A program made the position numbers and the translations under genes. Shown piece by piece: positions 56,201 to 64,000 of a DNA stretch of 64,000 bases. Below the pieces are notes generated by a model that searched no databases, was not told where the DNA came from, and worked only from the letters and a program-made list of their open reading frames with translations. How positions within the stretch are numbered: position 1 is the first letter of the stretch; each line of letters begins with the position of its first letter. The stretch is taken from the IMG/VR virus record IMGVR_UViG_3300003267_000287, positions 8,155 through 72,154 of that record; one strand, written 5' to 3'. This DNA is from a virus.

Positions 56201-56743
56201 CGCCGAGCGGGGTCGGCCACCTGGACATTCGACGCCCTCCTGAGCCGGTCTGTCCAGGCGACCACCTCCCTTGATGCCGTCGTTCTACGTTCCGAAACTC
56301 GGTCGCTGTCGCTGAACGCGACGCTGCAAGCGACGCAGAGTCGGACGTTCACGCTCGACGCCACGCTGTCTCAGGGACAGTCGGCGACGTTCACGATCGA
56401 TGCGTGGCTCCGGCGGGTCACCGCCAATAGCTACAGCCTCGATGCGACGCTCAAGCAGGTCGTCGAGCGTCAGCTGACGGTAGCTTCGGTCCTTCGATCG
56501 ACGCATCAGGCGTCCCTCCTATTGGACGCCTTCGTCGCTGAAAGCGTCCTGAACAGCTTCACGGTCGACGCCGTCCTCACCCATACGACGGTGGGGAGTT
56601 TCGTTGCATCGGCATATCTGATCCGAACGATCGAGGAAGTTGAACCCCTCGAAGCTGTCCTGTCCGCCAACACGCTCCGGTCAGACCTCTCAGCGGAATC
56701 GCTGACGGCGATCTGGTCGGCTGACACCTTGAAGGCGATCTGA
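53231..56743 (+). CDS. 1170-aa fibre-like protein built from a 14-aa repeat
   Basis: About 50 units of (K/R)T.SATF.LDAVL interrupted by one globular beta domain. Confidence 0.75.
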   Translation: MAVALVGTIGTATQGTSGNSVSPTFGASENRTAGNLLVCFVTVTGTATLPATPAGWAVAVQRAGTSCSTTIFIRTAEGSDAAPTIGGVTSGIIAAQLAEYSGALTTVNQSGNNVGTASPVTATNGGADTATASLIVMASADRRSTGRAPSDTWTSNHVTTVTQAGNNNAASSTDHYSFGYGTTNSNTGADTVTITLSNTQNITGIAVVDAVFRPGNTVLSTKTLDAILKATPSATFALDAVLKKTQSATFTLNAVILKTQSTSLALDAVVFKTTAATFALDADIFKTTSATFTLNAVLKKTQSATLTLDAVLFKTTSATFTLNAIKRTTTSSSFTFNACIAKLLWSDDWNRTTSTGYLGGTWVPFNASVIDYNLPDFLPDVSVNGSVLRFTHNEQIEWRGGPKINSGRFRFDLRTPDTDPPHSGSAIVVANVVLKWLQFQVIWRHDAVNSFTLGSDVADLTMPSFTAGTWYTFEAGFAQSSAGNGYRETLRIWERGNTATTIELQTTINASNPTPYSDTSVGNLTLDGFSNGVEFQLDNFELYSSVTSLTEFSGLVLNSILRTINSASFTFDAVVLRTAAATFALDSVLFKTQSATFALDAVVAGGAATQTGSYALDAVLFKTQAASFVLDSVLLKTQSATFALDAIRLRTTSATFALDAVLFRTTSASTTLDAILFKTQVATFSLDAVLKRTASATFALDAIVFRTTTSSFALDAVLFKTASASFTLDAIRLRTTSATFTFDAWLLRVETRTATLDAVLFKTQSATFSLNAVIMPRATLDAIVRRIETRSYTIDAIVMPRATLDAVLRRTESSTFTLSAFIAGVGTFATSLDAVILRTQSATRTLDAVLLRTETRSFALDSVISRTQTGSFSTDAIAKRTQTATLTLDAVILRVDAASFTLNAVQLKTAIAQASLDAVFRATRTAGFTLDSVVRSSQTASGTLDAVLKKTQSASFSFDAQIFAAGVFTLGLDAVLKATQSASYTLNAITRRAGSATWTFDALLSRSVQATTSLDAVVLRSETRSLSLNATLQATQSRTFTLDATLSQGQSATFTIDAWLRRVTANSYSLDATLKQVVERQLTVASVLRSTHQASLLLDAFVAESVLNSFTVDAVLTHTTVGSFVASAYLIRTIEEVEPLEAVLSANTLRSDLSAESLTAIWSADTLKAI
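53890..56630 (+). repeat. Degenerate 42-bp coding tandem repeat, two blocks
   Basis: Recurrent ACGTTCGCNCTCGACGC / TTCACGCTCAACGC units. Confidence 0.85.
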
Positions 56744-57054
56744 TGAGCCTGACGTTTGTCCAGGGCGACACCGGTCCGGCCATCCTCGGTCAGATCGTGA
56801 CGGTCGCCGACCAGACCCCCATCAACCTCAGTGGCGCGACCGTCCGCTTCCAGATGCGCAAGCAGGACGACAAGCGCTTCACGGTCAACTCCGTCGCCTC
56901 GATTACGACGGCGGCCGAGGGTCGCGTCAGCTACTCGTGGGCCGCCAACGATCTGGCGACGCCCGGCGAGTACCAGGTGCAGTGGGAAGTCACCTTCCCC
57001 GACACCACGATCATCACGACCGAGATCGGGACGATCACGGTCCGCCGTCAATAA
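56743..57054 (+). CDS. BppU N-terminal-like Ig domain protein
   Basis: QGDT.P, PINLSGATVRF.M, G.V.Y.W...D...PG.Y....EVTF.D. Confidence 0.7.
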   Translation: MSLTFVQGDTGPAILGQIVTVADQTPINLSGATVRFQMRKQDDKRFTVNSVASITTAAEGRVSYSWAANDLATPGEYQVQWEVTFPDTTIITTEIGTITVRRQ

Positions 57055-57076
57055 CCCCGCTGGCTCAGGAGGGACT

Positions 57077-58327
57077 GTGGCCAAGGTCTTGTGGTTCGGC
57101 GATGCCGGATGTCACACCGGGTTCGCCCGGGTCACCCACTCGATCGGCGAGCGGCTCGTCGACGACTACGGACACGATCTTCACGTTGTTGGCTACAACT
57201 ACCGGGGCGACAGCTGGCCGTCGTTGAGCGATCCCAATCGCCAGACCCCGCTGAAGCTGTACCGCCCGAACGCCGTCCAGGGCACCGACATCTTCGGGAT
57301 GAGCCGCCACATCGAGCTGCTCTCGAAGGTCGAGCCCGACGTCGTGGTGATGCTCCACGACGCGAACATCCTGCTCTACCTGCTGTTCGACAACGGCTGG
57401 GACAAGGACCAGATCCTGGCCCGCTACCGGCCGATCGTGTCGTACATCCCGGTCGACGGCTACAACCGGCCGCCGTCCTGGAACCTGCTGACGACGACGA
57501 GCAACGTCGTGGCGATGAGCAAGTTCGGCCAGGACTCGATGCCCGGCAGCAAGCTCGTCTATCACGGCGTCGACAGCACCACATTCCGTCCGGTCAGCCG
57601 GAAGGACCCGCTGACCGTCAGCTCTGGGCTGGTCGTTCGCGACCAGGGAGATTGCAAGGAAGCCTTTGGGTATCCCCGCGATTGCTTCCTGATCGTCCGC
57701 GCCGACAAGAACAGCGGGCGGAAGGACTTCGCCTCCACGATCAAGGCCGTCTGGCCGGTGATGAAGCGCCACAAGGATGTGCGGGTCCACCTGCACACCA
57801 CTGGTGGGAGATCCCAGGACGACGCGCTCGTGATCAACGACATGTTGAGCCGCGAGCCCGATGTCCACGATCGCTTCACCCTCCCGGGACTGCACAACAG
57901 CTGGGTTGGCTGGCCCGAGTCCGATCTCGTCGCGCTCTATAACGCGGCGGACCTGTTCGTCACCACCTCTCGAGGTGAGGGCTTCGGGCTGACGATCGCC
58001 GAGGCGATGGCCTGCGGCACGCCCGTGATCGCGCAGAACGTGTCGGCAATCCCCGAGGTCGTTGGACCTGGCGGGATCCTGCTCGAGCCGCTCGCGCCCA
58101 TCACCGTCCCGAGCGGGGCGGATCTCTGGATGGCGGACCCAGAGCGATTTACCGAGGCCATCGAGCGGCTCTACGAGAGCCGCGGCGCACGACGCGAGCT
58201 GGGCGAACTCGCCCGAGATCACGTCGTCAAGTCGTTTTCGTGGGACTACGCGACCGCGCGGTTCGACGAATACATCCGGGCACTGGCCACGGAGCCTGAC
58301 GCTCCCGTCGCAGTCGCCGCTTCGTAA
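57077..58327 (+). CDS. Glycosyltransferase family 4 (GT-B)
   Basis: TGF.RV, HGVD...F.P, RK, LYNAADLFV..S.GEGFGL.IAEAMACG.PVI. Confidence 0.92.
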   Translation: MAKVLWFGDAGCHTGFARVTHSIGERLVDDYGHDLHVVGYNYRGDSWPSLSDPNRQTPLKLYRPNAVQGTDIFGMSRHIELLSKVEPDVVVMLHDANILLYLLFDNGWDKDQILARYRPIVSYIPVDGYNRPPSWNLLTTTSNVVAMSKFGQDSMPGSKLVYHGVDSTTFRPVSRKDPLTVSSGLVVRDQGDCKEAFGYPRDCFLIVRADKNSGRKDFASTIKAVWPVMKRHKDVRVHLHTTGGRSQDDALVINDMLSREPDVHDRFTLPGLHNSWVGWPESDLVALYNAADLFVTTSRGEGFGLTIAEAMACGTPVIAQNVSAIPEVVGPGGILLEPLAPITVPSGADLWMADPERFTEAIERLYESRGARRELGELARDHVVKSFSWDYATARFDEYIRALATEPDAPVAVAAS

Positions 58328-58371
58328 CCGGAGCTGGAGGCCCCTGGGCCGTCCCAGCGATCGGGGAGGTT

Positions 58372-59751
58372 GTGATGGATCCCATTCAGGCTGCCGTCGA
58401 CACGGTGCTGCCCTCGACCAAGTTCCAGATCTTCTCCGGGATCCTCAAGGCATCCCGGTCGTCGGACGGGAAGATGCGCCTCCACGGCGTTGCCAGTTCG
58501 ACGACGAAGGATCTCCACGGCGACACGATGGTCGCCAGCGCGCTCGAGGACATGGAGCGCGCCGCGAACAACAACCTCACGATCTTCCTGAACCACAGCT
58601 ACGAGGTTCCGGAGGACGTCGCGGGCTCGGTCGAGCTGGCCCGGATGAAGACCCGCGGGGTCGATGGTGCGGGCAACCCGAACTACGACCTCGACATGGA
58701 CATCCTGATCAACGACGCCAACCCGCGCGCCGTCAAGGCATTCGAGGCGATCGAGAAGGGCACCAAGCTCGGCCTCTCGATTGGCGCCCTGATCCCCGAG
58801 GGTGGGGCCCGGAAGGAGAAGGGCGGCAACTACATCATCGATCACGTCGAGCTGCTCGAGACGAGCCTCGTCGGGATCCCGGCGAACCCCCGCAGCTGGG
58901 TGGAGTACGCCGCGAAGTCGCTCCGTGGGATCGAAAAGGATGCCGTCACGATGCCGCTGGGCCAGCCGACGCTGACCCTCGACGGCCAGAACTACCGCAT
59001 CGAAGGCTCGATGGAGGGCCTTCAGCTCAACAGCACCACGACCACGATCGGGGACGTTTCCCAGACCTTCACTCAGATCGGCAAGGCCACGACCTGGATC
59101 GAAACTCGCGACGGCGACAAGATCACGATCGGTGATCCGGCCGAGCCTGCCGACGACAAGGTCGAGAACGACGTCGAGCCCGACATCACCGACGCTGCTT
59201 GCCCGACGTGTGGCAAGAGCAAGAACGGTGGCGGCGATTGCACCGACGCCTACCACAAGTCCATCGAACCGGACGTCACCGACGCCCAGGTCACGATCAT
59301 CCAGATCGATACGAACGACGGCAACTCATCGAGTGACGCCGGTTCGTCCGATGCCCCAGCTTCACAGGAAGGTCCGACGACCGACCCTGAGACGGGAGAT
59401 GGGGGTCTCGCCGCGAGCGGCGAGGACGTTGTCACGAAGGGTGCGCCCGACATCGGCACGTTCAAGCAGATGTCGGAGCTGCTTCTCGAGGTCACCCGCG
59501 AGCTAACCGCCGAGAAGACCCGCACCGCCGAACTGACCGCGTCTCTCACCGAAATCACTCGTGAGCGCGACACCGCGCTGGCTCAGCGGGACCAGGTCCT
59601 GTCTGAGACCGGGCGCGTCCTCAATCGCCTCGCGGCGACTCCGCTGATGCGACGCACCGTCGTCGCGGAGGCGCAGGCCGAGCTTCGCACGAAGTTCGGC
59701 GGGGTCTACGACGAGGGCTTCCTGAAGTTGCTGGAGAACCGAAATGGCTGA
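58372..59751 (+). CDS. Prohead protease (HK97-type) fused to an acidic/coiled-coil scaffold
   Basis: GVAS...DLHGD, FLNH, GLSIG, LLE.SLV.IPANP. Confidence 0.88.
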   Translation: MMDPIQAAVDTVLPSTKFQIFSGILKASRSSDGKMRLHGVASSTTKDLHGDTMVASALEDMERAANNNLTIFLNHSYEVPEDVAGSVELARMKTRGVDGAGNPNYDLDMDILINDANPRAVKAFEAIEKGTKLGLSIGALIPEGGARKEKGGNYIIDHVELLETSLVGIPANPRSWVEYAAKSLRGIEKDAVTMPLGQPTLTLDGQNYRIEGSMEGLQLNSTTTTIGDVSQTFTQIGKATTWIETRDGDKITIGDPAEPADDKVENDVEPDITDAACPTCGKSKNGGGDCTDAYHKSIEPDVTDAQVTIIQIDTNDGNSSSDAGSSDAPASQEGPTTDPETGDGGLAASGEDVVTKGAPDIGTFKQMSELLLEVTRELTAEKTRTAELTASLTEITRERDTALAQRDQVLSETGRVLNRLAATPLMRRTVVAEAQAELRTKFGGVYDEGFLKLLENRNG

Positions 59752-61060
59752 AGAGACCGCGGATTTCGCGAGCGTGATGGACACGCTCGGCGCGATCCAG
59801 CGCTCGCTTGAGTCGCTCAACGCTGCACCGAACGTCGCGACCCCGGCCCCGGCCGTGGACAAGGGCGTCGAGAGCCAGCCGACGACTGAGCCGAGCACGC
59901 GCAAGTTCCTCTCGCTCGAAGAGATGGGCGAGCTCAAAGACGCCATTCGCTACAAGGCCCCGGGTGTCGCTCGGTCGATCCCGGAGCTTCAGCGGATGCT
60001 CACGCTCCAGGCCGCCCGCAAGGACACGGGCATTCCGCTCGACACCTGGGCGAACACGGGCGGGTACGCGACCCAGGTCGCGATGTCCCAGAACCCGATG
60101 ATCCAGAAGGCCCTCGACTCCGCGGGTGGCTCGGCCCTGATCCGTCAGGATCTCGAGCCGGTCCTCCAGGAGCTCTTTATCCGGGAGTTCCCGGCGTACG
60201 AGCGCTTCGGTCGGGTTCCGGCCAACGGCCTCGTCCACGCCTACGACCAGGTGACGAGCTTCGGCGGCGCCGTGTTCATGCCGGAACTCGGCACCGTGAC
60301 GGATGACACCTCGGTGTACACCCGCCAGACCACGAACGTCGCGATCCTCGCCACCCGGCGCGGCGTGTCGTTCAAGGGCCAGTTCGCGGTCCAGCAGTCG
60401 GGCTCGGGCTTCGATCCGGCGGCGCTCGAGATGCAGGGTGGCCTCCGCGCCATCGCGCATGAGCTCCAGAAGGCGATCTTCCAGGGCAACTCGTCCAACT
60501 CGGGCGGGACGGCCAGCACCGAGGACGGCCTGTACGACGCGAACGCGTTCACCGGCCTGCGCTCGATCCTGAACACCGGTCGCGTCAAGAACGTGGATCC
60601 GACGGCGGGCACGCCGGAGGACATGCGGGCTGCGATCGACCGCGCGTGCGAGGAGATCGTCGAGCAGGGTGGCCGCGCCAGCATCATCTGGTGCCATCCG
60701 CACGAGAAGGTCAGCTTCGACCTTCAGCAGGACGCCAACGTCCGGTACATGAACCAGTTCGTCGATGTCGCCGTCGGCGTCCAGACGAACGCGGTCAACA
60801 CGGTCTTCGGCCCGCTGCCGCTGGCCGTTGTGCCGGGTGACTCGATCGGGACGTACACGAACAGCGGCACCCGCCGCGACATGTACATCCTCGACGAGTC
60901 GAGCATCTCGCTGCCGTATCTCGGCTCCGAGGGCCCGACCGTCCTGGAGATCCCGCCGGGTGTCGCTGGCCAGCTGACGCGTCTGTTCATCATCTTCGGG
61001 ATGTGGGGTCTCGCGGTTCGCGCGATCCCGTTCTCGAACAAGGTGCGCGTCAAGCAGTAA
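59744..61060 (+). CDS. Major capsid protein
   Basis: Follows the protease; KAL..GG.AL..QDL, E..IF.G, F.GL motifs; strong codon bias; terminator follows. Confidence 0.85.
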   Translation: MAEETADFASVMDTLGAIQRSLESLNAAPNVATPAPAVDKGVESQPTTEPSTRKFLSLEEMGELKDAIRYKAPGVARSIPELQRMLTLQAARKDTGIPLDTWANTGGYATQVAMSQNPMIQKALDSAGGSALIRQDLEPVLQELFIREFPAYERFGRVPANGLVHAYDQVTSFGGAVFMPELGTVTDDTSVYTRQTTNVAILATRRGVSFKGQFAVQQSGSGFDPAALEMQGGLRAIAHELQKAIFQGNSSNSGGTASTEDGLYDANAFTGLRSILNTGRVKNVDPTAGTPEDMRAAIDRACEEIVEQGGRASIIWCHPHEKVSFDLQQDANVRYMNQFVDVAVGVQTNAVNTVFGPLPLAVVPGDSIGTYTNSGTRRDMYILDESSISLPYLGSEGPTVLEIPPGVAGQLTRLFIIFGMWGLAVRAIPFSNKVRVKQ

Positions 61061-61074
61061 GCCTTCCACTCCTC

Positions 61075-61114
61075 CTCCGGGGGCCCGTGTGGTACGGCGG
61101 GCCCCCGGAGTTTC
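61075..61114 (+). terminator. Terminator after the major capsid gene
   Basis: 13-bp stem CTCCGGGGGCCCG/CGGGCCCCCGGAG followed by TTT. Confidence 0.75.
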
Positions 61115-61135
61115 TGCTGCGCCGAGGAGTGATCC

Positions 61136-62035
61136 GTGTATGTGACCCCAGAGCGATTCCGGACGATGGGTCTGGGGATCGACCTGACGAACATCGACGA
61201 CGTCGAGATCCGATCGGCGCTGGCTCGGGCCTCCGCGACCGTGGAGTCGTACTGCAACGTGCCGCTGATCCCACAGCGTCACGACTTCCGCGGCGGAACG
61301 ATCACCGCCGAGATGCACGAGTGGACGATCGACCAGTACGAGCGGAGCGTTCACCCGCTGCGCTTCTGGCCTTGGCACCAGCCCGTCCGCACGGTCACCT
61401 CATTCCGGATCTACTCGACGCCGAACGTCTACACCGAGATCAGCGACGACGAGGTCTTCATCAACAACTCGGCTGGCTTCATTGAGGCCAGCTCGCTCAA
61501 GCTGACGCAGTACGGGATCTTCGGATCCGGCGTCATCACCGCCCTCGTCGGGCTGTGGAATCCCCAGGCGGTCGTGTCCTACACGTACGGCTATCGGTTC
61601 GCGGTTTCACGTGAAACCCTCGAGCCGACGGACGCTGCGCTGTACCGGGCGCAGAACCAGTGGTGGGACGAGGACGCCACGACCACGGTCTACAAGAACG
61701 GCGTTGAGCAGACGACCGACTTCACGATCGACTACGACGAAGGGACCGTCACCTTCGACGATCCGCTGGCGGCGACCGACGTCGTGACCTGCGACTACAC
61801 CTACAAGCTGCCCTGGCAGATCGCGCACGCGGTCGGGATCATCGCCGCGGACGATCTCGGTGAGACCCAGCTCCGCTCGCGCGGTATGGCTGGCGTCGAC
61901 ACCCTGACCGTCGGCGAGATCACGATCCGCCGATCGGCGGCCCCGGGTCAGCGCGGCGGAACAGCCACGGTCGTGGCGGTCCCCCAGGCGGCCCAGAACC
62001 TGCTCTCTGACTTCCTGTTCCAGACGGTCCGATGA
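61136..62035 (+). CDS. Head-tail adaptor with inserted beta domain
   Basis: Y.T, AS..VESYC, V.YT.GY, LP..I..A, LL..F pattern. Confidence 0.75.
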   Translation: MYVTPERFRTMGLGIDLTNIDDVEIRSALARASATVESYCNVPLIPQRHDFRGGTITAEMHEWTIDQYERSVHPLRFWPWHQPVRTVTSFRIYSTPNVYTEISDDEVFINNSAGFIEASSLKLTQYGIFGSGVITALVGLWNPQAVVSYTYGYRFAVSRETLEPTDAALYRAQNQWWDEDATTTVYKNGVEQTTDFTIDYDEGTVTFDDPLAATDVVTCDYTYKLPWQIAHAVGIIAADDLGETQLRSRGMAGVDTLTVGEITIRRSAAPGQRGGTATVVAVPQAAQNLLSDFLFQTVR

Positions 62036-62412
62036 GCCTGCTGACCGACGCCCAATTGGCTGCGATCCAGAAGGTCGGCGTGCTGGGCATGACGACACGG
62101 GTCCAGATCTTCAGTACAACGTTCAACGCCGGACTCGACGACGAGGACCCGTACGGCTCGAAGCTGACCTACTCGACCACCCCGGTCGCCACCGTCAACG
62201 GCTGGCTCGTCGGGTCCTGGGCGAACGATCGGGACTCGGGCATCGGCGACGTCAACACCACCACCCAGTACAAGCTCCGGCTTCCGGTCGGGACCGAGAT
62301 CGAGCCTGGCTGGACCGTCGAGATCAACGGGGCGAGCTACCTCGTGGAGGACGCCGGAACGGATCAGACCTGGCCCGAGTGGCTGGTCTGCATCCTCAAG
62401 CGGAACAAGTAG
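62032..62412 (+). CDS. Head closure (stopper) protein
   Basis: DPYG...LP.GT.I..G..V.I.G..Y.V; gene position. Confidence 0.65.
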   Translation: MSLLTDAQLAAIQKVGVLGMTTRVQIFSTTFNAGLDDEDPYGSKLTYSTTPVATVNGWLVGSWANDRDSGIGDVNTTTQYKLRLPVGTEIEPGWTVEINGASYLVEDAGTDQTWPEWLVCILKRNK

Positions 62413-63203
62413 TGCCGCGGACGAAGCTGACCGTCATCTTCAATCGGGCCAAGCTCAGCGAGGAGATCCACGCCCGAGCCTTCCGTGGGGTCGATCGGGC
62501 TGCGATCGTCGCCTACGAGAAGGCCGAGGAGCTCGTCCCGGTTCGGAAGGTCTTCAAGTACCGCCGTCGGAACGTCGGCTCGAAGCTCTTCGCCGAACAG
62601 ATCGCTCAGGGTCGCCAGGATGTGCGGACCCTGTCACTCGAAGAGGCCCTCGCCGAGAGCGTTCAGCGCCGCAGGCTCGGGCTTCCCAGTGCGTTTCCAA
62701 CAGACGCCGCGGGCCGTCGTCGCCCCGGAAGTCGGCCCCTTGTCAGGACCGCGCAGCTGACGGACACGTACAACTCACGCAACCGGACCAGCACCGCGAA
62801 CACCAACCGCGATGTCTACCGGGTCAATGGCGAGAACATCCTCGGTCGTCTCGAGGAAATCTTCGATGACCGCGGCCGCTCGATCGGCCACCGAGTCGTT
62901 CGGGATGTTCGCGCTGAAGCGCTTCTGTCCGGTCGAGGGCGGGCCGAACTGCGTCGAGCCAAGCCGGGCCAGACCCTCGGCGGCGCTCTCCGCAAGTCGG
63001 TCAAGAAGATCCCGACCGAAGACACCGGCAAGCAGATCGTCGCGTACGTCGAGGCCGGTGGGAAAGAGGCGCCGTACGCGAAGTACGTCGAGTTCGGCAC
63101 CCGGCGAAGTCGGGCTCAGCCGTTCATGCGACCGGCGCTGGCGGAAGCTCGGGAGAAATTCCCAGGGCTCCTCCGTGATGCGCTCCGCGGCCCCGGGAGG
63201 TAG
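62412..63203 (+). CDS. HK97 gp10-like tail completion protein with a long insertion
   Basis: A..LVPV...G.LR.S...YA.YVEFGT....AQPFMRPA. Confidence 0.8.
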   Translation: MPRTKLTVIFNRAKLSEEIHARAFRGVDRAAIVAYEKAEELVPVRKVFKYRRRNVGSKLFAEQIAQGRQDVRTLSLEEALAESVQRRRLGLPSAFPTDAAGRRRPGSRPLVRTAQLTDTYNSRNRTSTANTNRDVYRVNGENILGRLEEIFDDRGRSIGHRVVRDVRAEALLSGRGRAELRRAKPGQTLGGALRKSVKKIPTEDTGKQIVAYVEAGGKEAPYAKYVEFGTRRSRAQPFMRPALAEAREKFPGLLRDALRGPGR

Positions 63204-63205
63204 CG

Positions 63206-63664
63206 ATGCCGTCAGGCACGTTCTCTGTCGAGGCCACTCTCAAGCGGGTGACCTCGTCAGCCCCGATCAAGAGAGCGCTCGTCCAGAGACTCCGCTCCAA
63301 CGCCACCCTGAAAGCGGCGCTGCCCGGAGGCATCCACGAGGGCTTCTCAGCCGAGAAGACACAGGCGTATCCGTTCCTGACGTATCAGCTGATCTACTCG
63401 CCGATCCGTCGGCACTGGGGATCGCAGATGTACGTCGCCGGGTTCGACATTCGGATCTTCTCGGACGATAGCGTCGAGGCCAGTAACGTCGACGCGCTCG
63501 TACTCAACGTGCTGGACGATGCAGCTCTGGTTGTAGACGGGCAATCCACCCTGCTCTGTCAACGCATCGCGGACATTTCTGTCCCCGATGTGGATGAAGA
63601 AGGGAGAAAGGTCTACATGGTCGGCGGGACCTATGAGGTCTGGACCGACCAACCTCACGGCTGA
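63206..63664 (+). CDS. Tail terminator
   Basis: AL...L....L...L.G.I......YPF..Y; gene position. Confidence 0.7.
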   Translation: MPSGTFSVEATLKRVTSSAPIKRALVQRLRSNATLKAALPGGIHEGFSAEKTQAYPFLTYQLIYSPIRRHWGSQMYVAGFDIRIFSDDSVEASNVDALVLNVLDDAALVVDGQSTLLCQRIADISVPDVDEEGRKVYMVGGTYEVWTDQPHG

Positions 63665-63678
63665 GGAGGTCTTTCTCA

Positions 63679-64000
63679 ATGGCTGCGAACTCTGGCGACA
63701 AGCTTCACGGCAAGAATGGCGCCATCTATCTGAACAACGCGAAGGGCGGCGGCGGCGCTGTCAAGGTCGCGGCGAAGTCGGAGTGGGTCCTGAACCTGGG
63801 CCGCGACTACGTCGATGCCACGACCTTCGGTGACACGAACAAGACCTATCTCGTGGGCCTGAAGGACATTCAGGGCACGTACGCGGGTCTGCTCGACGTG
63901 TCGGGCGACGTGCTGGTCAACAGCTCGAACTCGGACACGATCCAGATCTACCTGTACGCAGATGATCGGAACGGGTTCGAGATCCTCGTCGCCTACGGCC
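63679..64000 (+). CDS. Major tail tube protein (3' truncated)
   Basis: GAGGAGG RBS; HG.NG.IY, W.L....D.VD.T.FGD..K.Y..GLKD..G. Confidence 0.8.
   Translation, partial: MAANSGDKLHGKNGAIYLNNAKGGGGAVKVAAKSEWVLNLGRDYVDATTFGDTNKTYLVGLKDIQGTYAGLLDVSGDVLVNSSNSDTIQIYLYADDRNGFEILVAYG

Noticed and set aside
53890-56630. CRISPR array or diversity-generating retroelement repeats
   Set aside because: Repeats are in-frame, degenerate 42-bp coding units; no reverse transcriptase and no adenine-specific variation seen
1-64000. Stop-codon reassignment
   Set aside because: Conserved genes are intact in the standard code, all three stops are used, and there is no suppressor tRNA

Overview
This window is a GC-rich stretch of a tailed dsDNA bacteriophage with an HK97-type head, probably a siphovirus, and probably covers most of a circularly permuted genome. 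1-8.6 kb (+): distal tail, two paralogous baseplate-hub genes and a lysis cassette with a C39-like endolysin and holin-like genes. 8.6-35.5 kb (-): DNA-metabolism and early arm (RlpA-like, SLOG, RusA, two HNH, tRNA-Cys, dCTP deaminase, ERF recombinase, PD-(D/E)XK nuclease, SAM methyltransferase, ParB, two JAB/JAMM proteins, SSB, AAA+ ATPase), then dozens of small genes including two paralog families. 35.6-41.5 kb (+): small genes, a Gly-Gly-terminated protein with a coupled partner, and a 7-tRNA array with unexplained structured RNAs. 41.5-64 kb (+): late operon (QueD-like, ParB, TerS, TerL, portal, protease, capsid, neck, tail tube). The portal-to-protease interval holds about 11 kb of extra genes: four glycosyltransferases, an NDP-sugar epimerase and an 1170-aa protein built from a 14-aa Thr/Ser-rich repeat. 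The best candidates for novelty are the GG-tag/partner pair with two JAMM proteins, a probable virion-glycosylation cassette, twin genes sharing a conserved 21-aa leader, hidden Phd-like ORFs and structured RNAs. I recognised no integrase, polymerase, reverse transcriptase or CRISPR array. All product calls come from motif recognition by eye; no database search was run.
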